Origin: Deltaproteobacteria bacterium
GTDB taxonomy: Bacteria; Myxococcota_A; Polyangia; Polyangiales; Houyiibacteriaceae
Reading direction: 5' to 3'
Assembly: GCA_034670305.1 (NCBI GenBank)
Contig: JAXMNT010000003.1
Location: 160,001-224,000 of the forward strand
DNA length: 64,000 nucleotides
In this document: piece after piece, positions 52,589 to 61,900 of the stretch
Numbering within the stretch: position 1 is the stretch's first letter
Layout: each line of letters opens with the position of its first letter
The notes under the pieces: model-generated
The model's database searches: none
The model's input: the letters and a program-made list of their open reading frames with translations, nothing else
What the model was told of the DNA's origin: nothing
Position numbers and translations under genes: made by a program

Positions 52589-54217
52589 CACTGCCGCTGC
52601 GACCGAGAGCAGCACTACCAGTACCGCTGGGACGAGCTGAACCGGTTGGCAGAGGCCCGCCGCTACGATCGCGAGGGGACCGGCGTCTGGACCCTAGAGA
52701 CGAGGCAGCGCTACCGGTACGACGCTGGTAACGTACGTACCGTGAAGCTGACATCGTCAGGCGGCATCGACCGTGCCTCGCTGTATGTGTTGCCTGGTGA
52801 CTTCGAGCGTCGCGGCGTCGCGGTGGACATCGACGCGATGAACGGCGATGCGTGGAGGGCGGTCGCGGGCGTGAACACCGAGACGCAGTACCTCGTCGCT
52901 GGGGCCCGCGTGGTCTGGAAGAAGTCTCCAGAGATGGACGCCGGCGGCGGAGAGAACTTCGAGACCGACGTCCGGATCACCGTGCCTCTCGCGGACCTAT
53001 TGCAATCGACCGTTGCAAGCATGGACCTGGTGTCTGGCGAGCTGCTTGAGGTGGGTACGTACTACCCGTCGGGCAACCGCGAGATGTTGGTCGCGCGCGA
53101 CAGCTCGGTGGATGGGCAGACGTTCCAGCTGGAGCCGATCGGGTTCACCGGGAAGGAAGGCGACGACGATGTTGGGTTGGTCTACTTCGGGGAGCGGTAT
53201 TTGATGCCGCATCTTGGGCGGTGGGCCAGTGCGGATCCGCTGCAGGTGCATGCCGGGGGTGGTGGGGAGTTTGGGAACTCTTACCACTATGTAAGTGGGA
53301 ACCTGTTGCAGGCGCGGGACCCGTTGGGGCTGAGCGGCCCGGTCAAGAAGAACCCGGGTGTACAACTGGAGGCATCCACTGACTACACTGAGCGAGTGCA
53401 CTCGCAGACCGAACAGTTCCAGGTTGGTGAGTGGGAGGCGTTCCAGCGGCAGGCACGGGAACACGTTGGCTGGACAGCCATGCGCGAGCGCGCCGCAGCA
53501 CTAGTAGAAGGGAGCGCGACACTCCACGAGGCATGGTCGGCTGCCCGTGAGGCTGGCGGGGATCACGCGGAGGTATCGATTCGATATGTATGGGAGCGTC
53601 GGGCCGAAGGCGCACCAGAAACCATCGCCAGAATAGAGTTCGCTCTGATTGACGCCGCCCCAGCCCCCCCCCCTCCTCCCCCTCCCCCCGACGATGACCC
53701 CGTTAGTTATGTCGAAGAACGCGATCCGTCCGTGACGATCGAGGCACCTCGCGCTATCGATGTTCCGTACGGTGTGACACTTGGCCTCGGGGGTTTCGCA
53801 ATGATCGCTGGAGATCGGGAGCGACGGGTTCACGTCGGAGTCTATCTACAAATTGGGTTCGATGGCACCGCAAAAGTAAGCGATTTCGGTGCCTATGTGG
53901 GCGCTCAGGTCGCGATGACAAACAACCGAGGGATCGAATTTGGAGCCCAGATAGATGCGTCCTTGCAACCGGTCATAGGTGCGTTGTCCGGCGCAGAGTA
54001 CACGTTGGAGGCTGGTAACTCTGGATGGGGAGAGCGGAACATCGCCATGCAAGGAGCCCTGAGCGAAGACGGGATGGAATCACCGGATTCTCTTACGATC
54101 GGCCAGACGCACCATGCGAGCTTCAATCTGGCTCCAGTAACGATTGAAACCCACGGCGGGGTTGGGCAAGAGGCCTATCTATCTCTGCCAGCACTGGTAG
54201 AGTCATTGCTCGAGTAG
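52589..54217 (+). pseudogene. orphan Rhs module: distal core plus a different C-terminal toxin tip
   Basis: 52589-53332 is homologous to 47377-48120 (HCRCDREQHYQY...DPLGL); unrelated after DPLGL; no N-terminal region. Confidence 0.9.
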
Positions 54218-54251
54218 CAATGGCAACTAGCCGGACTGAGTTTGGTCATTC

Positions 54252-54812
54252 ATGCGACTGCATAGCCTATACCGTCTCCTCACAGAACCAGATGGCGGCG
54301 CGTTCCGCGCCGTGTTCGGCGCGACATCCGTGTTTGTAAATATGCCGATCGGATTGCGCGAACAGCTCTTGAGTCAAGGTGTACAGATTTCGAACGTTCG
54401 CGGTTCTTCCGCAATTGACCTGCGTCGGGTGCCCGCGGATCAACACGATCATCAGGGGCCAGTCGGAGTGAGAGTTTGTCCGCAGTCAGGAGGAACTGCG
54501 CGGCTGTGTCCCGTTTGGGATGAATCCAGCTCGATGCGCGATCTTAGGGACTTGAGTGCCCTGATAACGGTGGGAACGGTGCTAATTAGCCCGCCGGCGA
54601 TAGCGATCATCATTGCGCTACAGGTTGTTGGTGACCAAGCGTCGGTTGGAACAGTTGTCGCGCTGCCCATCGCTTGCGCCTGTTTGGTGCTTCTCGTCGC
54701 ACTCATGAAGCGGGTTCGAGCGAAGGCGATCGGTCAATACAAGTGGCTACGAGTGGCCTTGAACAGTGCGGGTGTGTCCGAGTTACCGTCCCCCGAAGCG
54801 ACGCCAAACTGA
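54252..54812 (+). CDS. immunity protein candidate for the orphan tip (two TM helices)
   Basis: Low-GC ORF 34 bp after the orphan tip; two hydrophobic segments. Confidence 0.65.
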   Translation: MRLHSLYRLLTEPDGGAFRAVFGATSVFVNMPIGLREQLLSQGVQISNVRGSSAIDLRRVPADQHDHQGPVGVRVCPQSGGTARLCPVWDESSSMRDLRDLSALITVGTVLISPPAIAIIIALQVVGDQASVGTVVALPIACACLVLLVALMKRVRAKAIGQYKWLRVALNSAGVSELPSPEATPN

Positions 54813-54824
54813 CGCTGGGCTTGA

Positions 54825-54935
54825 TGTTAGCGGCCGATTTGATGGCTGATTTGACGTCGTAGGGATTGGGGCGGACGGCCGGGTTGTGGTTTGTGGGCCG
54901 GGTCCGTCGTAGCGAGGCGCGCTTCTACGACGATG
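54825..54935. mobile_element. second copy of the TGT-ended transposon terminus
   Basis: tgttagcggccgatttg...gatttgacgtcgtag...tccgtcgtagcga...ctacgac matches 49659-49785. Confidence 0.6.
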
Positions 54936-54944
54936 CGCAGAGCA

Positions 54945-55596
54945 GGTCCGTCCCAGGTGCTCGCACTCAGGTTGGTCTCAGAAGGACCAGTTCGGCTGGC
55001 GGGGGTGTTCTGAAGCAGGGCGAGCTGCGCTGCACGGTCACCGGCGGTCCAAAAATTGGGTGAACGAGACCCAGTTCTGCTCGGCCTGCGCTCGATCTGG
55101 GACTGCGGACGCAACGATGCGCCGCGCGGGACTCACGCAGCGTGTTCGCAAACGCGGATGTGGCTACTGGGGTGGGTCGGAAGTCCGAGGTGGTCGCTCG
55201 GCAAGTTCGGCCGCGTCGCCTGACGCTCGTGGTCGACCGCGGCGGGCGTCTCGCATGACGACGACGCGGCGGGCCTCGCTGGGCTGATTCTTGTCGAAGC
55301 TTCCTCTTGGGGGCACGGCCCCCAAACCCCGTCCGGTGACACCGCTGGCTCGCTTCGCGAGGCTGCGCGCTGTCGAGTGCTCGACCTGCGCTTCGGGTCG
55401 GTCGCTCGTCTCGAGCAACTCGGCCGGGACGCGCGGGGGCTCCGATACGAACTCCATCGCTTCGCCTCGGACGACAGCCGCGGCCTCGTCCTTGAACGCG
55501 GTGCCGACTTCGGCGAGCACGCGCGCGACTTGTTCGTCGTCGGCGATGACGGGGTAGCCGGAGCTCGGCCTTCACCTCGTCGAGGGTGGGCTCGGG
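54945..55596 (-). pseudogene. 3' fragment of the HUH transposase unit with end motif and trailer
   Basis: ggtccgtcccaggtgctcg end; encodes VLAEVGTAFKDEAAAVVR...RPPRTSDPPQ; small deletion plus an insert at ~55300-55388. Confidence 0.85.
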
Positions 55597-55599
55597 AGC

Positions 55600-56472
55600 T
55601 CAGGCAGCCGCGGAAGCGGTTGTTGCGACCTCGTCGCCGTGGAGCCAGTCCGCGGCTTTCTGGGCGGCAGACGCGGTCCTGAGTAGGACTCGTGGGTCGG
55701 CGCGAAGGACTCGAACCCAGTGGTCGAGGTAGGCCACATGCTGCAGCTCGCCTGGGAGTCCGAACTCCGCACAGAGGAACGCGGCGCCCATCTCGGCGAT
55801 GAGTTCCTCCCGCGCATACACATCGTCTCCGAAGCGTCCCTGCTTCCGGTCGAGTCGGCTGGGGTGCGCGGTCGCGTGCACCAGCTCATGCATCAGCGTG
55901 GCGTAGTAGTTGCCGTGGTCCGAGAAGGACGTTCGATCTGGCAGCTGGATCGCGTCTTCCGTGGGGGTGTAGTGCGCTTGGTCCCCTCCGTGCCGGATGT
56001 CGATCCCGGTCGCTTCCACCCACTTGTCGACGCGCTCATCGGTGACGACATCGGCATCTTCTTTGTGAACATCTGGGAGTCCATCGCACTGCTCCAAGTT
56101 GAACACGGCAGCGCTTCCCGATACCCAACGCGGGCGGGCGCCGGGCTCCTCATCCGGCGCTGGGTCCCTCGGGCGCCAGAACACGACGCGGGTCGCGCGC
56201 TCTCCCTTTCGGACGTGGCCGCCAAGTGCGATGGCTTGCCGGTAGGTACACCACCAGCGTTCTTGGAACCCACGACTTCGCATTGCGGACCAGAGGATCA
56301 GGATGTTGATGCCCCGATAGACGCGGTTCGTCGTGAGGTTGGCGGGTCTTCCGCCATCGGTTGACCAGGGGGCAATCCAGGGAGGAACGCCACCCTCCTC
56401 AAGATCTCGAACCAGCTCCATCGCTACGGTCTCGTGCAGCGCGGCGCGCGCTGCATTCTTCTTCTTTCGCAT
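55600..56472 (-). CDS. ardC: ArdC-family antirestriction / ssDNA-binding protein
   Basis: PPWIAPW, YRGINILIL, TYRQA..LGGHVRKGE, VFNLEQ, HELVHAT, YAREELIAEMGAAFLC; GGAGG RBS. Confidence 0.9.
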   Translation of the reverse strand: MRKKKNAARAALHETVAMELVRDLEEGGVPPWIAPWSTDGGRPANLTTNRVYRGINILILWSAMRSRGFQERWWCTYRQAIALGGHVRKGERATRVVFWRPRDPAPDEEPGARPRWVSGSAAVFNLEQCDGLPDVHKEDADVVTDERVDKWVEATGIDIRHGGDQAHYTPTEDAIQLPDRTSFSDHGNYYATLMHELVHATAHPSRLDRKQGRFGDDVYAREELIAEMGAAFLCAEFGLPGELQHVAYLDHWVRVLRADPRVLLRTASAAQKAADWLHGDEVATTASAAA

Positions 56473-56574
56473 CGTGGTCCTCCTGGGAGAACCAACCACT
56501 CGGGCTCTTCCCGACTACTTAGAAGGGGTCCCCGAATCTGAGTTTGCAAGATTGGATCGACGCTTGGACGGATC

Positions 56575-56830
56575 CCGCCCCCAGCGCTGTCGGCTCCTCA
56601 CGTCTGCGATGTAGACCGTGGTGGATCGGGAGGCGGCCTGGTCGGTCGCCCGCGTGGTCGAGGGCTGTGGCTGTCGAAGCGATGTTGGACAAGCGGCTCG
56701 GGTCGGTCGCTTGTCTCAAAGCAACTCGGCGGGTACGCGCTGGGGCTCCGACACGAACTCGAGCGCTTCGGCTCGCACGACAGCCGCGGACTCTTCCTTG
56801 AACGCTGTGGCGACTTCGGAGAGGACGCGC
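56575..56830 (-). pseudogene. degenerate internal fragment of the HUH transposase C-terminal region
   Basis: gtcgaagcgatgttggac...ggctccgacacgaactc...cggctcgcacgacagccgcgg aligns with 38276-38432. Confidence 0.75.
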
Positions 56831-57586
56831 ATGGTAGGGAGGGTGGATGAAGGGAACGATCGAAGCGCATCTCGCGGTGGTCAGGAATGGGCAGGTGCGA
56901 TTCGACGGGAACTCGCCGGGGTCCTGAAGGTGCGGGGTGGCCAGGTGCATTTTCGACCCTCGTCGTCCGGCGTCACGATGGTCGGCCTGCACCCCGAACG
57001 ACCGCAACGCGGCAAGGGTGGCTACCGCGATCTCGCGAAGCTGGCGTCTGACTTCGACGCCGAGTTTCGGAAGCACTGCGTGGACATCGACCAAGGCCGA
57101 CCCACGGAAGAGAAGGAACTCCAAAGTTGGCTCGTCGCCCACGCCCAGACGCACGACGGAGCGCTCACGCCACTCTTCCCGAATGGCGAAGTCGTCTTCG
57201 TCACCGACGAGATCCCGGTCCCCCACGACAGCGGCCGCATCGTGTGCGACTTGCTCGCCGCAAGGATCATCGGACCAGGTCGCATTCGACCCGTGTTGAT
57301 CGAGCTCAAGAGCGAGCGCGCCATGAAACGTCTCGTCGAACAAGTCACCTCCTACGCCGCCATCATTGACGCACACCCCAAGCTCTTCGAAGACCTCTAC
57401 GGCGCCCTGCTCGGCAAACCGGTGCTGTCTGATCGAACCGCAGTCCGCTTCGAAGGGGGCGTCGAGAAACACATCGTCTGGCCAGCCCCACCATCCGGAG
57501 GCGAACCCCGCCGAGCGAAGCTCGCCACCCTCGACATCGCAGTCCACACCTACACCCGCACAGCCAACGGCTTCGCCTTCGGCTGA
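56831..57586 (+). CDS. PD-(D/E)XK-like nuclease
   Basis: EKELQSWL, CDLLA, LIELK, EQVTSYA: the E...D...ExK...QxxxY pattern. Confidence 0.65.
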   Translation: MVGRVDEGNDRSASRGGQEWAGAIRRELAGVLKVRGGQVHFRPSSSGVTMVGLHPERPQRGKGGYRDLAKLASDFDAEFRKHCVDIDQGRPTEEKELQSWLVAHAQTHDGALTPLFPNGEVVFVTDEIPVPHDSGRIVCDLLAARIIGPGRIRPVLIELKSERAMKRLVEQVTSYAAIIDAHPKLFEDLYGALLGKPVLSDRTAVRFEGGVEKHIVWPAPPSGGEPRRAKLATLDIAVHTYTRTANGFAFG

Positions 57587-57735
57587 CCTCGAGCCGAAAC
57601 CGAAAGACCCGCGGAGGATCAGGGACATCGAAGTTCTCAACCCAGACAGGTGGTTGACGTTTTTGACGTTGGTCGACGTTCGGCCACACCGCCAGAGTCG
57701 TTGTCAGATCCGCCAGGCTTGGTCGTCTTGGGAAT

Positions 57736-59583
57736 ATGACAACGAGCCACGAACAAGCGGGTGCGCGGGCCGGAGAGAGTTCCTCCCTCGCCGACCTCCG
57801 TCCCGTTTGCGACGCGAGCTTTGTGCAGAAGCTGCGCGCGATTCGCGACACCCTCACGGAAGGCCTGGTGGAACGCGAGGTGGCGGTGCGGCTGAGTCTT
57901 CTCGCTGCGCTGGCCGGTGAGCACTTGTTGATGCTCGGTCCGCCGGGAACGGCCAAGAGTCTGATCGCCCGTCGCCTTCATCTCGCCTTCAGCGAGTCCA
58001 CGTACTTCGAGAGACTGCTGACCCGGTTCACGGTTCCTGAGGAACTCTTCGGGCCGCTGTCGATCAAGGGCCTCGAAGAGGACCGCTATGAACGACTGAC
58101 CGACGCTTACCTGCCCAAGGCCTCGATCGCCTTTCTCGATGAGATATTCAAGGCGAACAGCGCCATCCTCAACTCCCTGCTGACCCTCCTCAACGAACGG
58201 GAGTTCGACAACGGCGTCTCGCGCGACGAGACACCACTCGTCGCTGTCATCGGTGCGAGCAACGAACTTCCGGAAGGGGAGGAACTCGACGCGCTCTTCG
58301 ATCGGTTCTTGCTGCGGCTCCATGTAGGTCCTGTGACCAAGGACGCTTTCCCGACACTTCTGGCTCTCCGCGATCGGGCTGTGCCCGAGGTCGCGCACGA
58401 GCTGAAGCTCGATGCCCAGGAACTGCTGGCGGTGCAGAACGCGGCGGCCGCGGTAGAGGTCCCCCCGGATGTCACTGCGCTGCTGTGCGACCTACGAGAT
58501 TGGTGCACGGCCGAGGACGTTCAGGTCTCGGACCGCCGGTGGCGCAAGGTCGTCAAGTTGCTCCAGGTCTCGGCTGCGACGCATGGACGTACTCAGGTCT
58601 CCATCTGGGACTGTTGGCTGCTCCAGCACTGTGTTTGGAACACGCCGGAGGCACGGGAGAAGGTCTTTGAGTGGTATGCCGCGCGCGTGGGAGCGTCGGC
58701 GGTCATGAACCCTGAACGTCTCACGAGAATCGTGGTCTCGTTTGAGGCCCGGCTGAAGGCGAACCGTGAGAGTCGGTCGCAGACCCGTGACGACCAGGGA
58801 CGGCTCGTGTTCAAGGATGCGCACGGTAAACGCACTTTCGAAGTGACGGGCCCGGCACAGAAGCGGCGCGGAGAGGATGTCTTGTTTCTCGCGCCGGCCA
58901 ACGGCCTGCTCGGCTGCGATAGACTTCATGACCGGACGAACGGCGGCGCGGGCTACACGCGGGACGAGCTGAACAACATTCAGGTCGGTGGGAGTCACTA
59001 TGATCGGCAACGCTTCGGCAGATGGTCGGGCAGGGACGCGTACTTGGCCGACCCGAACAACTGGCTCATGGAGGACGTCGCGTTCGCGCCGGTCTTGGAG
59101 CCGACCCGATTCAGCGGGTTCTACGTCGAAGGAGTCCGCGGCGAACTCGGGAAGCTGAAGGAAGAGGTCGGCGGGTACCTCGAAGGGCTCCTGCAGCACC
59201 TCGATTCGTTGAAGGCCGACATCTGCGATCACCTCTGGGTCTTGCCTGAGTTCGCGGAGCTCGCAGCACAGAATCTGGAGCAGACCCGAAGGGACGTCGA
59301 CGCCCTGCTGATGCGGGTGGATGAGCTGCACGCGGGTTTCGAGGCCCTACCACGCGAAGTGGCCGTGCGCTCCGTCCGGGGGACTCGCTCCTGGCACGCT
59401 TTTGAACGTGGTCTGAGGGTGTCGTTGGGTCGCTCGCGTCCTTGCTCGGCTCGTCGCTCAGTCCGCTCGGGCCAGCGAAGCGGGTCCCGAACCTCTGTTT
59501 CGCTGGTTCTGCGTTCTTGCGTCTTGCTTCGGACGCAGGTGTGCGCGGCTCGGGCTGTTGCCGGGCCGCGCTTTGGCTCTTGA
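57736..59583 (+). CDS. RavA/MoxR-family AAA+ ATPase; 3' end replaced by element sequence from ~59366
   Basis: GPPGTAKS, TRFTVPEELFGPLSI, FLDEIFKANSAILNSLL, ASNELP, SDRRW. Confidence 0.88.
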   Translation: MTTSHEQAGARAGESSSLADLRPVCDASFVQKLRAIRDTLTEGLVEREVAVRLSLLAALAGEHLLMLGPPGTAKSLIARRLHLAFSESTYFERLLTRFTVPEELFGPLSIKGLEEDRYERLTDAYLPKASIAFLDEIFKANSAILNSLLTLLNEREFDNGVSRDETPLVAVIGASNELPEGEELDALFDRFLLRLHVGPVTKDAFPTLLALRDRAVPEVAHELKLDAQELLAVQNAAAAVEVPPDVTALLCDLRDWCTAEDVQVSDRRWRKVVKLLQVSAATHGRTQVSIWDCWLLQHCVWNTPEAREKVFEWYAARVGASAVMNPERLTRIVVSFEARLKANRESRSQTRDDQGRLVFKDAHGKRTFEVTGPAQKRRGEDVLFLAPANGLLGCDRLHDRTNGGAGYTRDELNNIQVGGSHYDRQRFGRWSGRDAYLADPNNWLMEDVAFAPVLEPTRFSGFYVEGVRGELGKLKEEVGGYLEGLLQHLDSLKADICDHLWVLPEFAELAAQNLEQTRRDVDALLMRVDELHAGFEALPREVAVRSVRGTRSWHAFERGLRVSLGRSRPCSARRSVRSGQRSGSRTSVSLVLRSCVLLRTQVCAARAVAGPRFGS

Positions 59584-59783
59584 AGCCCGCTGAGGTAGTT
59601 CAGTCGGGGTCTTTGTCGGCTCGAGGAGTTCCGCCTGGTCTGAGGAGGTCTCGGCGGACGGTGACTCGGTCGGTGTCGCTCAGGCCGGGACGGCTTCCGT
59701 AGCGGTCGCGGACGGGGTGGGGCGCCATCGGAGGTTGGATGCTCGGTCGCTTGGTGGCGCTCTTCTGCTCGTTCCGGTCCGTG
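59367..59783. repeat. direct repeat A: 3' end and trailer of the diverged HUH transposase
   Basis: Highly similar to 61265-61611. Confidence 0.88.
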
Positions 59784-61189
59784 GTGGCCGTGGGTGGTTC
59801 GTCGCCAAGGGGTCGTGAGCTCGACTCCTTCGCGCTTCGTTCGCGAAGCTTCTCGTACATGGTGCCGTAGAAGTCGGACATGTCGTCCGCCGACTCTTCT
59901 CGTTCGGCGAGTCGTTCATCATCACCGACGGCGCACCCAGCCACGACGACCACTTGCTTCGGCACCTCGCACTCCACGAACCGAGCGGCCCAGCCTGCAT
60001 CGAAGACACCCGGCGCCAGGAAGTACGCCTCCCCACCCGGCGGCTCCGCTTCGTTGCGCCGCTCGCGCACCGCCTTGTACGTGCCGTACGGATAGACGAT
60101 GTCGGGCTGCTCCCTCGGTGACTCGGCGTCGGGTTCGTCACCTTGAGAGTCGTCCGGCGGCCGTTCTACTGCGCGAGCAGTGGTGTCCGGTGCCGGCTCT
60201 TGCTCCTGAGCGCCGCAGTCCGGTTCCCGCGCTTCGGCGAGCTCTCGTTCCCGCGCCTTGGCGAGTCTCCGCTTCCGTGCCTGCTTCACTCGCCGCCGCG
60301 CGATCTGCGCGTTCTCTTCCAGCCGCACCTTTTCGTGCACTGCGCAGAACTGGTCGACCTCGGCCGTCACGAGCTCCCGCAGCCGCTTGCGCTCCCCGAC
60401 GTCACCCGCGCCAATCATGACGAGCGGCTTGTTCGGACTCCACCGCTCCACGAGCGTGTTCGGCTCGTCCCACGGATGCATCTTCTGATCGCCCAGCACC
60501 GGAAACGGTCGCATCGCAGCCAGCGCACGCTCCTGTGTGCGCGCATCGCTCCGCAGGTCCGCGACCATGCGTTTCGTGTCGCCGCCGTACGCGATGTACG
60601 CCGCCGGCGTCGGCCCGAACACGAGAATGACCTCCGCCGGAAACGACGGGTCGAAGAACACGTCCGGCCGCTTCACCCGCAACCGGTACCCACCGATCCA
60701 CTCGAGCGGCGTACACACCCCGTCGTAGTCCGCCGCCTTCTCACACAGCCCAGCCGCGACGGGGTTCAAGTACTGGTAGAGCACCTGCTTCAACTCCGCC
60801 GACCAATCCATCGTCCGCATGAACGAGATCTGCCGACCGTCGAAGACCTGACCAAGCCGCTGATAGCCACGCTTGGCCAGCAGCACGTTGATCGCCTTTG
60901 CGGTCCACGAATGCGCCCTGCAGAAGATCCTCGGCGCCCTCCCTCTCACATCGGTGAAGAACACATGCGGATGCGTGCCCATCAAACAGATCTGATGGAA
61001 CACCGCCTCTGAATCCCGGTCTCCCATGCCATCGTCCGCACCGAGCGCCGCCACCCCAAGCGCGTACAGATAGATCTGCGAAACCTGAGGGTCCCAGTTG
61101 CCGAGCGCGAACTTCCGCAAGTTCGTCCGCCGCGTCATCGCCAGCGTCTCCCCATGCACCCTCGCCCGCGGCCTCACGAACACCCTCAT
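59600..61189 (-). CDS. diverged RAYT-like HUH tyrosine transposase (529 aa)
   Basis: AMTRRTNLRK, MGTHPH (HUH), YQYLNPVAAGL, KMHPWDEP, YPYGTYK shared with copies 1 and 2. Confidence 0.85.
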   Translation of the reverse strand: MRVFVRPRARVHGETLAMTRRTNLRKFALGNWDPQVSQIYLYALGVAALGADDGMGDRDSEAVFHQICLMGTHPHVFFTDVRGRAPRIFCRAHSWTAKAINVLLAKRGYQRLGQVFDGRQISFMRTMDWSAELKQVLYQYLNPVAAGLCEKAADYDGVCTPLEWIGGYRLRVKRPDVFFDPSFPAEVILVFGPTPAAYIAYGGDTKRMVADLRSDARTQERALAAMRPFPVLGDQKMHPWDEPNTLVERWSPNKPLVMIGAGDVGERKRLRELVTAEVDQFCAVHEKVRLEENAQIARRRVKQARKRRLAKARERELAEAREPDCGAQEQEPAPDTTARAVERPPDDSQGDEPDAESPREQPDIVYPYGTYKAVRERRNEAEPPGGEAYFLAPGVFDAGWAARFVECEVPKQVVVVAGCAVGDDERLAEREESADDMSDFYGTMYEKLRERSAKESSSRPLGDEPPTATTDRNEQKSATKRPSIQPPMAPHPVRDRYGSRPGLSDTDRVTVRRDLLRPGGTPRADKDPD

Positions 61190-61264
61190 CGGCACTGCCC
61201 ACCGGCGGTTGCCATTGGCGGACTCGACGGACCCCATGGACGGGCTCCAACCGGAGCGCTTCGC

Positions 61265-61611
61265 GCGCTCGGTCCGGGGGACTCGCTCCTGGCACGCTAT
61301 TGAACGTGACCTGACGGGTGTCGTTGGCTGGCGCGCGCCCTTGCTCGGCTCGTCGCTCAGTCCGCTCGGGCCCGGGAATCGACTCCCGAACCTCTGTTTC
61401 GCTGGTTCTGCGTTCTTGCGTCTTCCTTCGGACGCAGGTGTGCGCGGCTCGGGCTGTTGCCGGGCCGCGCTTTGGCTCTTGAAGCCCGCTGAGGTGGTTC
61501 AGTCGGGGTCTTCGTCGGCTCGAGGAGTTCCGCCTGGTCTGAGGAGGTCTCGGCGCGGAGGTTGGATCCTCGGTCGCTTGGTGGCGCTCTTCTGCTCGTT
61601 GCGGTCCGTGG
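61265..61611. repeat. direct repeat B (repeat A with an internal ~70-bp deletion)
   Basis: Aligns with 59367-59783. Confidence 0.88.
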
Positions 61612-61723
61612 CAGTTGTCCCGGCGACACGAGTCCAACGTCTCGACCACCGTCGTTCCCCAGACGCAGCGACGCCCGGCTGAGCGGGGGCTCGAACCGGG
61701 CGTGATCGCTTTCGTTTCTGCGG

Positions 61724-61796
<73 letters not shown>

Positions 61797-61900
61797 AACC
61801 TCCGAAGAGACGGTCGATGTAGGTGGCTTTGGGCTGGGCGTCAAGAGGCGCGGCGGACGCTCCGAACCCAATTGCAGACGGGGCGGGGTTTCAGTCCGTC

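Noticed and set aside
47377-53332. Diversity-generating retroelement (TR/VR pair) from the duplicated Rhs core
   Set aside because: Differences are mostly synonymous and not adenine-specific; no reverse transcriptase in the window
59366-59583. Genuine C-terminal domain of the RavA-like protein
   Set aside because: It is read-through into the repeat that is also present at 61265
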